DNA of 60,608 nt, counting the filler, from Sluysia triapertura (taxonomy: Eukaryota), in the NCBI GenBank assembly GCA_046118255.1. It is 5 parts of 5 records of this genome, joined end to end, with 100 filler letters (N's around TTAATTAATTAA, not from the genome) between each part and the next. Parts side by side here need not be neighbours in the genome. Positions count along the whole stretch, not along the records: positions 1 to 14,721 come from JBJNIA010250643.1; positions 14,822 to 25,688 come from JBJNIA010192384.1; 3 more parts are not named here. The stretch is one strand, 5' to 3'. The notes under the pieces were generated by a model. The model ran no database searches. It saw nothing but the letters and a program-made list of their open reading frames with translations, and was not told where the DNA came from. A program made the position numbers and the translations under genes. Of this stretch, positions 13,365 through 25,788 are shown piece by piece. Each line of letters opens with the position of its first letter. The stretch's first letter is position 1.

Positions 13365-14064
13365 TTAATAAATTTTAAAACACAGATAGTTATTGTAGGT
13401 TTTTTGAGAGAACTACATTAAAAATTTATATCTCAATATTCAAATTAATACTAGTTTATAGATGATATTATGTCCCTACTTAAAATGACGCTGGTATAAT
13501 AATATGGTATTATAAGCACACTTTATTATTAGTAGTGAAGTAGGGTTTCACCTATAGTAAAAGTCTTACAAAATTATGATTTGGCTAGTCTGTAGAATTT
13601 TTATCTTAATTAATAATGTTAAGTTGCAGTAGAGGTTTTTATTTTATTTTCTCTTTAATGTTCGTATTAATGAATATGGGTGACTGTGAATATTTTCCAC
13701 AAGGAATCCTAGGTCAACCTAAATATCAAGTAATGTGCATTAAAATGATATTATTGTCACATTCCGATGGACTGTATTAATATATATATATTAAAATTAA
13801 ACCAATGCGTCTAATAAATGAAATAAATATAACTAGTAAATACATGACTATAAGTCTCATCTTGAATGTAGATATTTAGACTTCTCTAGACTTCGTTTTA
13901 CCCCGAGACCCAATAAAATTTTTTCAGATTGTTTTTCGACTCAATTTTTTTATTACATAAAGGAATGCTAAGAAATTAGCGCTAATTAGCGTTTTGATTG
14001 TATAAATTAATTTTTTTGTATGTAGTTTATATTTATATTTATATATTATATTATTTATACTAAG

Positions 14065-14160
14065 CCGCGAGTCCGTGCTCTAGAGGACACAAGAAGACCT
14101 GGTCTACAAATTCAAAATATCCACATTCAACATTGGAATAACTTATTGAAGAACGTAAGA
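14065..14160 (+). mobile_element. Possible 3' scrap of a CR1/L2-like LINE ORF2
   Basis: Fragments SRGHKK and HWNNL resemble the RTRGH...WNxLP C-terminal signature. Short and frameshifted. Confidence 0.3.
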
Positions 14161-14644
14161 CTTTAATGTTAGCTGGCATCCAGAAAAACATATTAAAAAC
14201 AAAATAAAAATATATCAATTCTCGTGATAAATTTTATTATTTCATTTTTTTGCAAATGTTAATTATAAAAAATAAATTATTTTCTATTTTGATTCATTAT
14301 AAAAATCGATTAATTTTAACAGATTTTAATTAACTTTGATTTATTACTTTATTTCAGTCTCTATTTATACTGCAATATTTTAATATTGTTTAAATAATTC
14401 AAAAATTATATTCTTATTAAAATTAATAGTAACAACCAACCAAATTAATTTTTTAAATAAAAAACAATTTAATCGAGATAAATTATTAATTGATTCATTT
14501 TACGAAATTTAATTAAAATAAATATGGTTTATATATGTGTTATTTTACTCTAATTTTTATGGAAATATTTAATTAAAATTAATTTTAGTTTTCAATTTTA
14601 TTATAACTGTAAAAATAAAACTATGTCGTTTCTTTAAACGAAGA

Positions 14645-14721
<77 letters not shown>
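14645..14721. repeat. (AAT)n microsatellite running into an assembly gap
   Basis: Read directly from the sequence; one GAT variant. Confidence 0.95.
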
Positions 14722-14821
14722 NNNNNNNNNNNNNNNNNNNNNNNNNNNNNNNNNNNNNNNNNNNNTTAATTAATTAANNNNNNNNNNNNNNNNNNNNNNN
14801 NNNNNNNNNNNNNNNNNNNNN
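14722..14821. other. Assembly gap with artificial TTAATTAATTAA linker
   Basis: N-run with a central all-frame-stop linker; the same structure occurs at 25689, 37044 and 48882. Confidence 0.97.
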
Positions 14822-16715
14822 ATATAAATCACAGTTTGTCAGGCTAAAAATAGATTAATTAATTAATATCTTAATTAACTTAATTAAGAAAAAGTACAAC
14901 TTTTCGTGAATAACTTTTGAATGCTAAGTTGAATTTGAAACTGTATATGTATTTGTTTTGAAAAGACCTTTCGATGAGGGTATGGTTTGAACGAGTTCAT
15001 GCAAGGAAAGCCTTAATATTGAGCAAAGTCAAATTTTGATTAATTTTTAATTATGAAATATTGAATTTTTATTAGAGTGATGCATACGTAATGAATGGAA
15101 TATGGGATGATTGCTATAAAAGAGGAGAATCTAGAAGTGAGTTTGAAATATTTGCAGTGGTTTGTTTGAGAATGAGAAGCTCAAAGCATTTTTCATTAGA
15201 AAATTGGATCCGGAAAACCAAATAATGATTGTTATTTTAATGTGAGAAGTAATTTAAGTAAAAGTAGATTGAGTAGAGTAAAGGAAAATAATAGACAATT
15301 GTAAATCAATTTTTGTGTTCTGCAACTAATAAAGTTTGACAGTTTGTACCATGTAAGTGTCAAAGTTATTATTGTCGGATTAATTCTCAAAGAATGTTGC
15401 AGTGATATGCTTGAGAAAGTGTTTAATCACAAACTTGGAGATTAATGGATGATGAGAAAATATAAAACAACGCAACAACAACTACCACGACAATACAACA
15501 ATATTAACAATTAGTAATGCAAATGAGAAGATCCATGCTTCAAGTAATTTTTGAATTTATTTTATAATTAAAAATATTATTTTTAATTAAATAGTTTTTG
15601 TTCTTGTGTTGTGTTGAAAATTTTATGTTTGACAATCGTGAATAATAGTTAATATTTTTCTTAATGTTGTTTCACCTCTGGTTTCTTTTGATAGATTGTT
15701 ATATCCTCGAGACTATTATAAACGTTATTGTTAATCTCGTCATTTTAATCATTTTTAGTACCACTTAATAGAGATTTATAATAATACTAATTTGTAATTG
15801 ATTTTTATTTAACCAGTAAATTGCCGTGTTGTTGTTATTGATTTGATTTTTAAGAGCTTAATTTTGGGCTGAGTAATTATTGATATTAAATAAGAGAATT
15901 ATTGAAAATATATATATTTGATCTAGTGAATACTTTAATAATTGAGATTATTTTTAAGCTAATTAAATTGATATCTATTTTAAATAATGTAATAATTTTT
16001 TTAAAGATGCAGCAAATCTAATAATAATTTTAATTTGGCTTAATTTATATTACAAAGAATAAATTGCAATTCAGATGTAATGTTAAAAAACAGTATCAAT
16101 AAAAATAAACAATATGTATAAAATTCAATATTATAAAATTCAAAATATAATTATTTATTATCACAATCTTAGAATTATTAAATTACGATTATTCAAGTTG
16201 CTTAAAAAATAAAATTCAACTACTTAAAATATAATTATTTATAATAATAATATTAAGCTTGTTATTATTATTATTATTATCAATCTAATAATAATTTTAA
16301 TTTGACTTAATTTATATTAGCAAGAATAATTTGCTACCTGCGTTTAACTTATGTTATATTTTAAAATTATAATATTTTATCAAAAAATAATTTTTGATGA
16401 ACTAACTGAATCTTTTGTTCGTTTAATAAAATAAATCGTTGATAAGCAGCTTCGTTTAATAAATCGTTGAAAACTTAATCAAAACTAAAGTCCCAATAAA
16501 TCGTTGAAAACTTAAGTCCAAGGGCAATACTTTTAAAATTTTATAATTGACTTACTGTGTGTGAAAAGGTCAAAAATTTTTACCGTTATTTATGTCATTC
16601 TTAGAATCTAAAATTAGTAAATCTATTTTTAAAATAATAATTTTCGTAATTTAAACAATTTTAATTTTCAATAATAATTTAATAATTTTAATAAAATTTT
16701 CAAAAATAAAATTAT

Positions 16716-16853
16716 AATAATAATTATAATTTAATAACAATAATTTAAGTTTAAATTAAGTTTTTCATTAATATATTACATAAAATAATAATTATAATTT
16801 AATAATAATAATTTAAGTTTAAATTAAGTTTTTCATTAATATATTACATAAAA
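16716..16853. repeat. Tandem duplication of a ~69-bp AT-rich unit
   Basis: AATAATAATTATAATTTAATAAYAATAATTTAAGTTTAAATTAAGTTTTTCATTAATATATTACATAAA occurs twice head to tail. Confidence 0.85.
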
Positions 16854-17092
16854 TATTACACAAAATTAAAAAATACTTTATAATATTATTATATAATTAA
16901 TATATTAATTGATTATATTTTCGGGAGTAAGACATTATAGAATGTTCTCTAATCGCATCTTTCTTTTTATTTTACTAACACAATTAATTCATCATGATAT
17001 TTCATTTTACTATTTTATTACTACTTTTAAGCTTATGCTACCAAACAATACAAGAATAAAATAAATTACAAATATACTCAAGAACTATAAGT

Positions 17093-17309
17093 AGCTAATG
17101 ATAAAATAAGATTAGAATTAGTGTGCAATACCGAATTTTATTAGTATTCTTAAGTATGGAATATTACGAAGCACGTCGACACAGTTATCGTAAAAATTAA
17201 TTATTTTAATTAATTTTTATAATTTAAAATTAAATTTATATACACTCAAACCTGTTTTTGTGCGGTGGATAGGGACCGCATAAAAGAAAACTCATAAAAA
17301 ATCACATAA
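17093..17309. repeat. ~220-bp direct duplication of 18081-18298, including the left end of a Tigger-type MITE
   Basis: Near-identical GCTAAT..ATAAGATTAGAATTAGTGTGCAAT...CACTCAAACCTGTTTTTGTGCGGTGGATAGGGAC at both sites. Confidence 0.85.
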
Positions 17310-18229
17310 CAATAAAAAATTATGTCTGCATACATAGGAAGATTTTATTGTTTATTATTTGTGTTGCTTGTATTTTATTACGTTGTAAAAAATAATTTAT
17401 TGACAAATAAAATATCTTTATCTACAAGGTTTATTAGCATAATCACACCTAAGTTAAAAGTTATTAAGAGACCATCGAATAAATAAACACAAACAATCGG
17501 TTTTATATTAGTTTAGCACTTTGTAATAGAAAAACCATCATACGTCTTTTACCTAGGCTAACACATTTTAATAAATTTTGTTAGGATAAATTCAGATGAA
17601 AATTCGCTTGAAACTAAAACATCAGCAATATCAGAATTTAAGTAATATATAATTTGGAATTTTAGTAAAATTGGGTTTGTTTATATTCGATTGTTTCATG
17701 CTAAACAACAAATTATTACAATAATTTATCAAATACTATTTTATAACAATATATTTTCAACTTATAAATTCAACTATTCTTTTATAACAATATATTTCAA
17801 AAAACGAATTGTTGGGTTTGGTTACAGATGACGAAGAACATGAGGGTTATAATTCATTGTATAAAAATTGAATAAGTATCACTGAAGAATTAAAATGAAA
17901 CATTAAGATGAATTGTGATAGCAAAATAAGTGCATAAAATATTTAAATCAAAATAAAAGAATGAAAAATACGAAGAAAGAACCCTTTATAATGTCTTATT
18001 TGTTAAACTATGAAAGTAACGTTTGTTAATTAATTTAATTGTTTAATTTCTTTAATTTGATAATTTATTGAAAAATGTTTGCTAATTATAAAATAAGATT
18101 AGAATTAGTGTGCAATGCTGAATTTTATTAGTATTCTTAAGTATGAAATATTACGAAGCACGTCAACGCAGATAACGTAAAAATTAATTATTTTAATTAA
18201 TTTTTGTAATTTAAAATTAAATTTATATA

Positions 18230-18384
18230 CACTCAAACCTGTTTTTGTGCGGTGGATAGGGACTGCATAAAAGAAAACTCATTAAAAAATCACATAAAAC
18301 TTCACGAATGCGTATAAAATATAGTTTTAGAAACAATATAAAAAAACGTACAAATAAAAAATCTCATAAAAACAGGTTTGGATG
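18230..18384. mobile_element. Tigger/pogo-type MITE with TA target duplication
   Basis: TA|CACTCAAACCTGTTTTTGTGCG ... CTCATAAAAACAGGTTTGGATG|TA. Related ends at ~17243 and 41524. Confidence 0.75.
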
Positions 18385-19559
18385 TATTTTGTAATTTTTA
18401 AATATAATTAAAGCTTTTATTAAGCTGATTCCCATGCAGTTACCAACTAAAATACGTTATTGAAATCGATGTGCGACGTACGATTGACATATGACATTTA
18501 ATATTTAATATTTAATATTTGATTAATTTTTATCTTTATTTTAAGTTGATAAATTGTGTTAATAACAGAATATTAATGTAATAACTATGTTAAAATTTAA
18601 TTTTAAGGATATAATTTTGAAAAGATAAGGAGATTGTTTATTACAAATCTCATTATCTTTGAATAATTGCAAGAAACATGGAAATTACTATTGAAATTTA
18701 ATTATTAAAATTGGTCGGCATATGACAGAATAAAAGCAATGAATAGTTTTATAAGTAACTGTTTCAATTTTCCCAATTATAAACTGCCAAGCAATTACCT
18801 AAATGCTCTATAAATAAGCGTATTTTGTCTAAAAACAAAACAAGGATAGTTGAACTAAAGAGAAATCTTGAAATACAAACTTTATCTCCATTAGGACGCT
18901 GTTTTAACACATTCGTGATAAACACTGTGATTTAGGAACTTGTCTTCAGCAATTAATTAAACTTTAGAAACTTTAGTAATTTTACTGTTATAATATCAAT
19001 CATATGCTTACGTTATTCTTATTTTATTAGTTTTAATGAGGGCTTAAGATTTTATAGATTATGCAGAGTATATTGTAATTTAAGGGTTTTAGCTTATGAG
19101 ATATTATCTTACGCCGATCTAGTAATGTTTGAAAAGTTATCTTTAAATGATATCAATTTAACAATTTAGCTTAGAAAAATTTAGTTGATTAATAGATCTT
19201 TTAATCTTGAAATCAAAATTTATATAAACTTTATTTGTATTATTGAGTTTAATTTCGTTATAAATAATACGTTTATAACTTTTACAAAGAAATAAATTAA
19301 CAAGGCGTTAACAACTATAATTTTTGTATTTTGCATTAGAACAAAAAGTTTAAATTTTATTGCTATATCTCCGCGTACATCATTTGGCTTTATCCGGAGT
19401 TATCATCTAAATAAAAATGAAAATTTAAGTTGTATAAAGAGTCAACAAAAAAAATTTACTTTATTAAGATACTACAAAACTCGCGAATTCCAAGCCATTA
19501 TGTCTTCATCTTGAAACTGTGAGCAATCTGTGAATTTAATTTTATTAGAATTAACTTCG

Positions 19560-20640
19560 ATTAGAATTAAATTCTAATAGAGTAAAAACATCTGTTGAAT
19601 CATGCTTGGATATTCTTCGCATAAGTTCTGTGCAAATATTATGCGATTCACAAGTTGTGATAACATTGACGCGTCTACTAATACTCATAAGAATGTTTGT
19701 ACAATTATCACTAATGTCATTAACATAATGAACAATTTTATTTATTTTATCTTTTCCTGACTTTTTATAAACGATATTTCTCTTTTAATTTAAAATTCTT
19801 GATAAACATAGTGACATTAAAACACTTCCGAAACATCGATCACTCGATGTGAATATAAATTCAATAGTTATGTTGTCATTATCAAAATTAATGAGATAAG
19901 TTACCATATGATGGGAAGATCAACTATGAATATTTATTTCATTCTTCATATTTAATACATAATAAAGTAAATAGTTACAAAACATTATTAGAGGTTCATT
20001 ATGAGAAGATATACAATTAGCGAATAAATATACAACATGTATTAAAACATTATCTTGTGCAGCATACTTCAAATTTTCTTTACTATAAACGACCATCAAC
20101 ATGCTAAATGACACGGCAATATTGTCTTTGTTAAGACCGTGGTCTTTCAGAAAATGAATTAAGAAAATCATTCATTCATTCACAATATTCATTTGACTTA
20201 ATGTAGTATTACTTTTTTTCTCTCTAAGCATATTCTCTAACAGTAAACGAGTATCGAAAAATATAATATATCTCATTACGACGTCACCTATTAGTAACTG
20301 AATTTGTCTCTTGACAAATAATAAATGATTATTACGTGTATAAATTGGATCCAATTTCTCAAAACTATAAACTTGAAACAAACTCTTTATCCATTCTAAA
20401 ACTGGAACTATGTATCCTGAATTGCGTACGCGAACTGAATAATATCCTTCTATGACATATTTGAGTTTTGAATATAAAACTAAATAATTATTAAACTAAA
20501 TAATTTTCTGTTGTTCTCAGTTGATGCTAGAGAAGACTTCATTAGGATATCAGATATTTGACAAACGGCATCATATTGTACTCGAAACAACCTTTCAATT
20601 TCATTTTCCAGTTGACGTAATGATACAATTATTTTTATTT
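19560..20640 (-). pseudogene. Long decayed ORF of unknown identity, probably mobile-element derived
   Basis: ORFs 20172-20381 and 19920-20171 are in frame and separated by a single stop. The frame extends on both sides with few stops. No splice signals are needed and no family motif was recognised. Confidence 0.35.
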
Positions 20641-21339
20641 CAGCATTAAGTCCAACATTTCATTGTGAGTTTCCATGCATTTTTTGTACTTTAAAACTTT
20701 TATTACTTTGTTAATTTTATAATTGTGAAATAATCACGAAAACTTTTGTTCTGATTCGTCATCCAATCAGAAAGCATAAATTTAATAATCAGTGTCATAC
20801 TGATTGGATGACCAATGTTGAAAATTAAAAATTACAAGAGAATGATTGTGATGAGCCATCATTGGTACTGACATAAATCTATGTAGAGTAATCACAATGT
20901 CAGCACAATTTTTAATGTAATTAAACAAAGTTGTGAGATTTAATGTTAATAATAATTAATAATAAAAAGATAAAAATAATAATAGTAATAATAACAAAAT
21001 GTTATTAAAATGCATAAACTCTTGTTACTTTTTTCAAGATCTTACTATCTTTTTCTTTATTAATTCTTGACAAATTTTAAATTGAAAGTAAAAATAATTA
21101 AATTGAGTGCAATAACAATAAAAATAAGAGAAACGATGTTCTAGTTATTGTTATTGCACTGCATAAACTCTGAAATTCTTTAAAAACTGAACACGATCTT
21201 GCTTTAAATGCTTTAGATTTCTAAACATATTCTAATAAATTTAAATGTATTTAAACTAAAGATCTTTACGTAAAGGTTGTTTTGAATGGGTTTTACGCAT
21301 ATAATTGACTTTTTATGATACGGTAGCAGTTATTTTGTT

Positions 21340-21760
21340 ACGCAGTAAAATGTAGAACCGTAGAGTGAATTTCTAGATGATAACTAATGTTTTTGACTGA
21401 AAGCGACATTTGAACAAAAGATACATTGAGAAGAGTGTGGCTTAGTGAATGTGAAAAAGATAATTTGTAGTCCACTCTTGGTATATTAGAAAGTTGATTG
21501 TACAGTGTTGCCAATGTGATTTGTTCTCTTGCTGTTTTTAAGTGGTATTGTGTTTTGTGCTGTTATGGATTATATGATAACGATGAATTTAAAATGCTGA
21601 TGTTGATTCGAAGGTGTCGAGTGGTTGAATTTTGATTGTCATAAATGTGAAGTAAAATATTTTTGATGGATCTGTTGGTGTAAATTAGTGGTCTAGGATG
21701 TAAATGTGATTGTATGTTGTGAAATTGTGAATGATTTGATTCTGGTAGATGAACTATTTT
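21340..21760 (-). mobile_element. Probable decayed non-LTR retrotransposon 3' region
   Basis: C/A-rich minus strand with TTRHLRIN and PHSSQCIFC......KH, resembling the C-terminal CCHC knuckle of LINE ORF2. Multiple stops. Confidence 0.35.
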
Positions 21761-22048
21761 ATGAGTGTAGTTAATATAAGTATGTGAATATTAAAGTGTT
21801 ACATGATTATTTTTTATAAAATTTAATAATATTAAAGAGTGACCACCACATATTAAAACAAATTTAAATCCACGAAAACGTCTTCCTTGAAGATATAAAG
21901 GTTAGTTTCATTTCTAATAAAACAGCTTGTAATTAATAGTTGACTTTTATATCTAGAAATGCTTATATAAGTGAAGGCGAAAATTTGTTCAAACAAAAAA
22001 CAAACTACAGAAATTATTTAAACAAATATTGATAATTATAACCGTAAC

Positions 22049-24050
22049 CAGGGCCGGATCTAGAGTTATGAGCGCCCCAGGAAAAGCAAAATTTGGCGCC
22101 ACTTCACACAGGAATATACAAATTTACTGCGATTTAAAAAAATAGTTAAAAAAGGAAAAAATTCAATAACACAGTTTCAAATTAATTCTTTTTGAAAATC
22201 AGTTTGTAAACAGTTTACAATACTAAAATAATCAGCGTTATGACCTTTATTTGGTATTGTTAAAGAAAAAAATTTATTGCTTGCTAAAAAGAAGTCGATG
22301 TCTCATGAAAAATGATCGAGTTTAATTTATAAAATCTAAAAAAATAATGAATGTGAAAATATATTTTATTTTACATCGACGACCCTCGAAATTGGCTCTT
22401 TATCCGCTTTGGCCGTAACTCTTGTTTGAATACATAGATAAACCAAAGGTATAGGTAATAAAAATCAGCTGAATTAAATATAGCAATCCAATATGCGTAT
22501 AAATGTAATGGATAAATATTTTTAAGTAAACTTGTACCTACTCGATTACTATTTACAGACCAATCAAGTAAAGAATAGAAACTTACTTCATCTGCAATTT
22601 AATTGGTCAATTATTGTTTATTTTGCATTTCATAAAACAATCTTTGATATTTCCAATGTCAAGTCGTAAGTTTCCCAACGATATGTAAAATATTTTTTCT
22701 AATCATCCGTATTGCAGTAGGCACAATTAACTTTGTTAGACTTCATTTTCTATACTTGGTAATAAACCCTTGTTTCGTCTTCAAAACCCTTATTTTAAGG
22801 TTCAGTTAAACAATTATTTACCGACTATGAAGTTATGCCTCGCTATCTTTGATCCAAATTATATTTCTACTAAGATATACACTTTAATTACATTAGGCAA
22901 TACATAAATCCATGTTTTATTACATTGTTTAGTAAAATATTTATTTAATCTCATGTTTTTCCAATACTTTTTACACTTTTCAGTAAAACTCGTTGAATCT
23001 CTTTGAAAACTTGTCGTATCACTTTGCCTTTTGATTTTGATCACAGCAGTAACCAAGTAAGTCGTTTCTAAGATTTGCACATCACATGGAATAGTGGATG
23101 AACCAATATATCCTCTTCTTAAACATACTAATACTTTCACCGATTGGCTCTTAACTCAAAAGAAAAAAAATAATTTTTCCACTCTTTAAATTAAGTAGAA
23201 CTTTCTAAAAGAATATTCTTCATAAAGTTATTTATCAAATCTCAATAATCACATTATTCCAAATAGTAAATAATAACAATAACTTTTAGAATATCGTGTA
23301 TTTATTAAATTAAAACAATTATTTAATTATGCAACCATTTTTTATAGTTTCTCCAATAAAATATTTCGACAATTTTGATTATAGCGTAAATCTACGTTTT
23401 GATTAAATGCAGTTTTATCAAGATGGTCGAACAAATCAAAATACTAACACTTTGGCAATATCTAATCCCAAGCTATCACAAAATTCTTCCAGGTTCATTA
23501 GACCATGAGATCCAAAGAGCTTCTGAAATTTCTATATAAAATGAAATATTTAAAGAAAGTTTTTATCTTATCATTAAATATTGATTATTCATTTTTTGTA
23601 TGCAATCGTACGAGTAAAAATTAATATTAAAATTATTATATCTCTTACGTAATAAGTTATTTAAAAAATAATTAATTTTATTATTTTTCGATAATTAATT
23701 GTGCAATTTTTACCTATTCCAGCGAAATTTAATGATTTGTCTCTTAATTTAACAAAGCTTATGATAAGATTTTTACTTTACAAATCAAAACATGTTCTTG
23801 TATTCCGAAATAATTACTTGAAGATGAAAATCATAATTGAAATTATTGCGTAAATAATTCTGTAATTCTTCTAAATTGATCTTTTCAGTTTTTGTACGGT
23901 CCAAAATTCCAAATGTATCAACTAGCATTTCCATTGCTTTTAGTAATTAATCAATAAATTGTAATTTTGAATAATTTTGTTTTTATTTATTTTTAAAATA
24001 TGCCTCATAAATTAGACTTGATTGTTCCAGGAAACATTGAAGCATTGATA
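22049..24050 (-). mobile_element. hAT (Tip100-like) terminus with possible decayed transposase
   Basis: Terminus CAGGGCCGGATCTAGAG..GAGCGCCCCAGG at 22049. The first ~300 bp are shared with the 32731 copy. Minus-strand LEEFCDSLGLDIAKVL (~23450-23500) is weakly hAT-like. Extent beyond ~22360 is uncertain. Confidence 0.5.
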
Positions 24051-24254
24051 AATTCTTCATTAAGAATCATTTTAAAAATTAATATTTGGTTATTATTACA
24101 AAATTAAGTGAAATTTAATTTAAATTTGGTCAAAATTAATTTTAATTTTAATTTTAAATTAATTTTATCAAAACTTATATTTTTAATGAATAGTTTTAAA
24201 ATAATTATTACAATTATAAGCATTACTGAGGAGGTATACACAATCATATATTAA

Positions 24255-24840
24255 CCTTTTGGGTACATTTGACGAGTGAGACTCTTCATCGATATGAATA
24301 ACCAAAGTTACAAATGAGACGAGTCTGACTCATCAAAAGTATCACCCATTAAATCTTGTATTATTCATTTACTTTTTTTCTGAATAAAATTATATTTCGG
24401 TTATATTCATAAAATAAATTTGTATTCATTATGATACTAGAGTAAAATTAAAAACTTCACTATGTTAAAAAAGTTCAAATAAATCCATATTTCAAGTGGT
24501 TAATAGATATTTTAAAGCAAAATTGAATAAACAGTCAATAACTAAAATATTATGAATATTTAAGTTTTAAAATCCTTTCAACATATTCGCGCTTCACAAG
24601 TCGAATGCCAAAAATACGGCACAGCGCGATAGCGCTTTTCTTGTTTTGTATTGATAATGCGAAGATGCTGCTGTTGGTAAAAAAAGGAGTTCGTGAAATT
24701 TGTGCAGCAAAACATTTTTGTAATAAGTGAAAATAAAAAATTTTTTTGATCAAAATTACTTGTTACATAACAATTAGTGTTAATTGTAAGCATTTTCATT
24801 GTTTCTCCCCAAAAAACACTACGCATTTCATTCATAAGAA
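24255..24840 (-). mobile_element. piggyBac remnant (one terminus plus C-terminal Cys-rich domain)
   Basis: TTAA (24251-24254) followed by CCTTTTGGGTAC. Subterminal palindromes GACGAGTGAGACTCTTC and GACGAGTCTGACTCATC. Minus-strand KRYRAVPYFWHSTCEARIC*KDFK resembles the piggyBac CRD. Confidence 0.6.
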
Positions 24841-25688
24841 AATTCTCTCGCTCTCAAACGGTTAAAATACGCTGACATAAAAAATGCAAATATTTGTGAA
24901 TGGCTTGAATAAGTATCATCGAATATGAAGTCGGAATTTTAATACCACAATTTGTTTGAGAATAAAAACTTTGGAATACTTTCTGTTGTGTTTTTATCTT
25001 TTTAATATTCTTTAAATTAATTATAATTATAATTATAAAAGACAATTAAATAAGTCTCAATCTCAACATATTACAACTATATCACAATAAAAATAATATA
25101 ATGATTAAGTCAGTATAACTCAGTCTTTTTCGACAATTAATTATTCAATAAAATAAAACTCAATTATAATACTGAATCTCAACATATATAAATGCAAATA
25201 AATGAGGAAACTAAAGACTAAAAGAACGTAAATAAATAAATGACAAATTATTCAAAATAATAATAAAAATAAATTATGATTATTATTAGAAGGTTCTTCT
25301 AAAGCAATATTGAAAATTTTAAAAATGATTTTGTCTAGTGTAAAACTAAACTTGTCGTTTAAGATTTTAAGTCTTATTTTTATATCTCCTAATAGAGATG
25401 GAGCCTAACATAAAATACTTACTGATAGTTTATTATGTAAATAAAATAATCTGTAAATATTTTAATTTAATAATAGAAAGTTTTATAAAAATTAAATTGT
25501 ATTTCATTTCATTGTAAATATTTCTATAAAATAATCTGTAAATATTTTAATAAAAATTAAATTGTATTTCATTTTATTGTAAATATTTTAATAGAAAATT
25601 TTATAAAAGTTAATCAATTAATTAATCAATATATTTATTTATCTATTTAAAATTTTAAACGGAAATTTTAACGGATATCAGAGAATTA

Positions 25689-25788
25689 NNNNNNNNNNNN
25701 NNNNNNNNNNNNNNNNNNNNNNNNNNNNNNNNTTAATTAATTAANNNNNNNNNNNNNNNNNNNNNNNNNNNNNNNNNNNNNNNNNNNN
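25689..25788. other. Assembly gap with TTAATTAATTAA linker
   Basis: Read directly from the sequence. Confidence 0.97.

Noticed and set aside
14980-15450. Possible Polinton packaging ATPase remnant
   Set aside because: No Walker A motif; only a vague resemblance.
22859-23140. GIY-YIG endonuclease suggested by GYIGSST
   Set aside because: The upstream GIY and downstream Arg/His/Glu motifs are missing.
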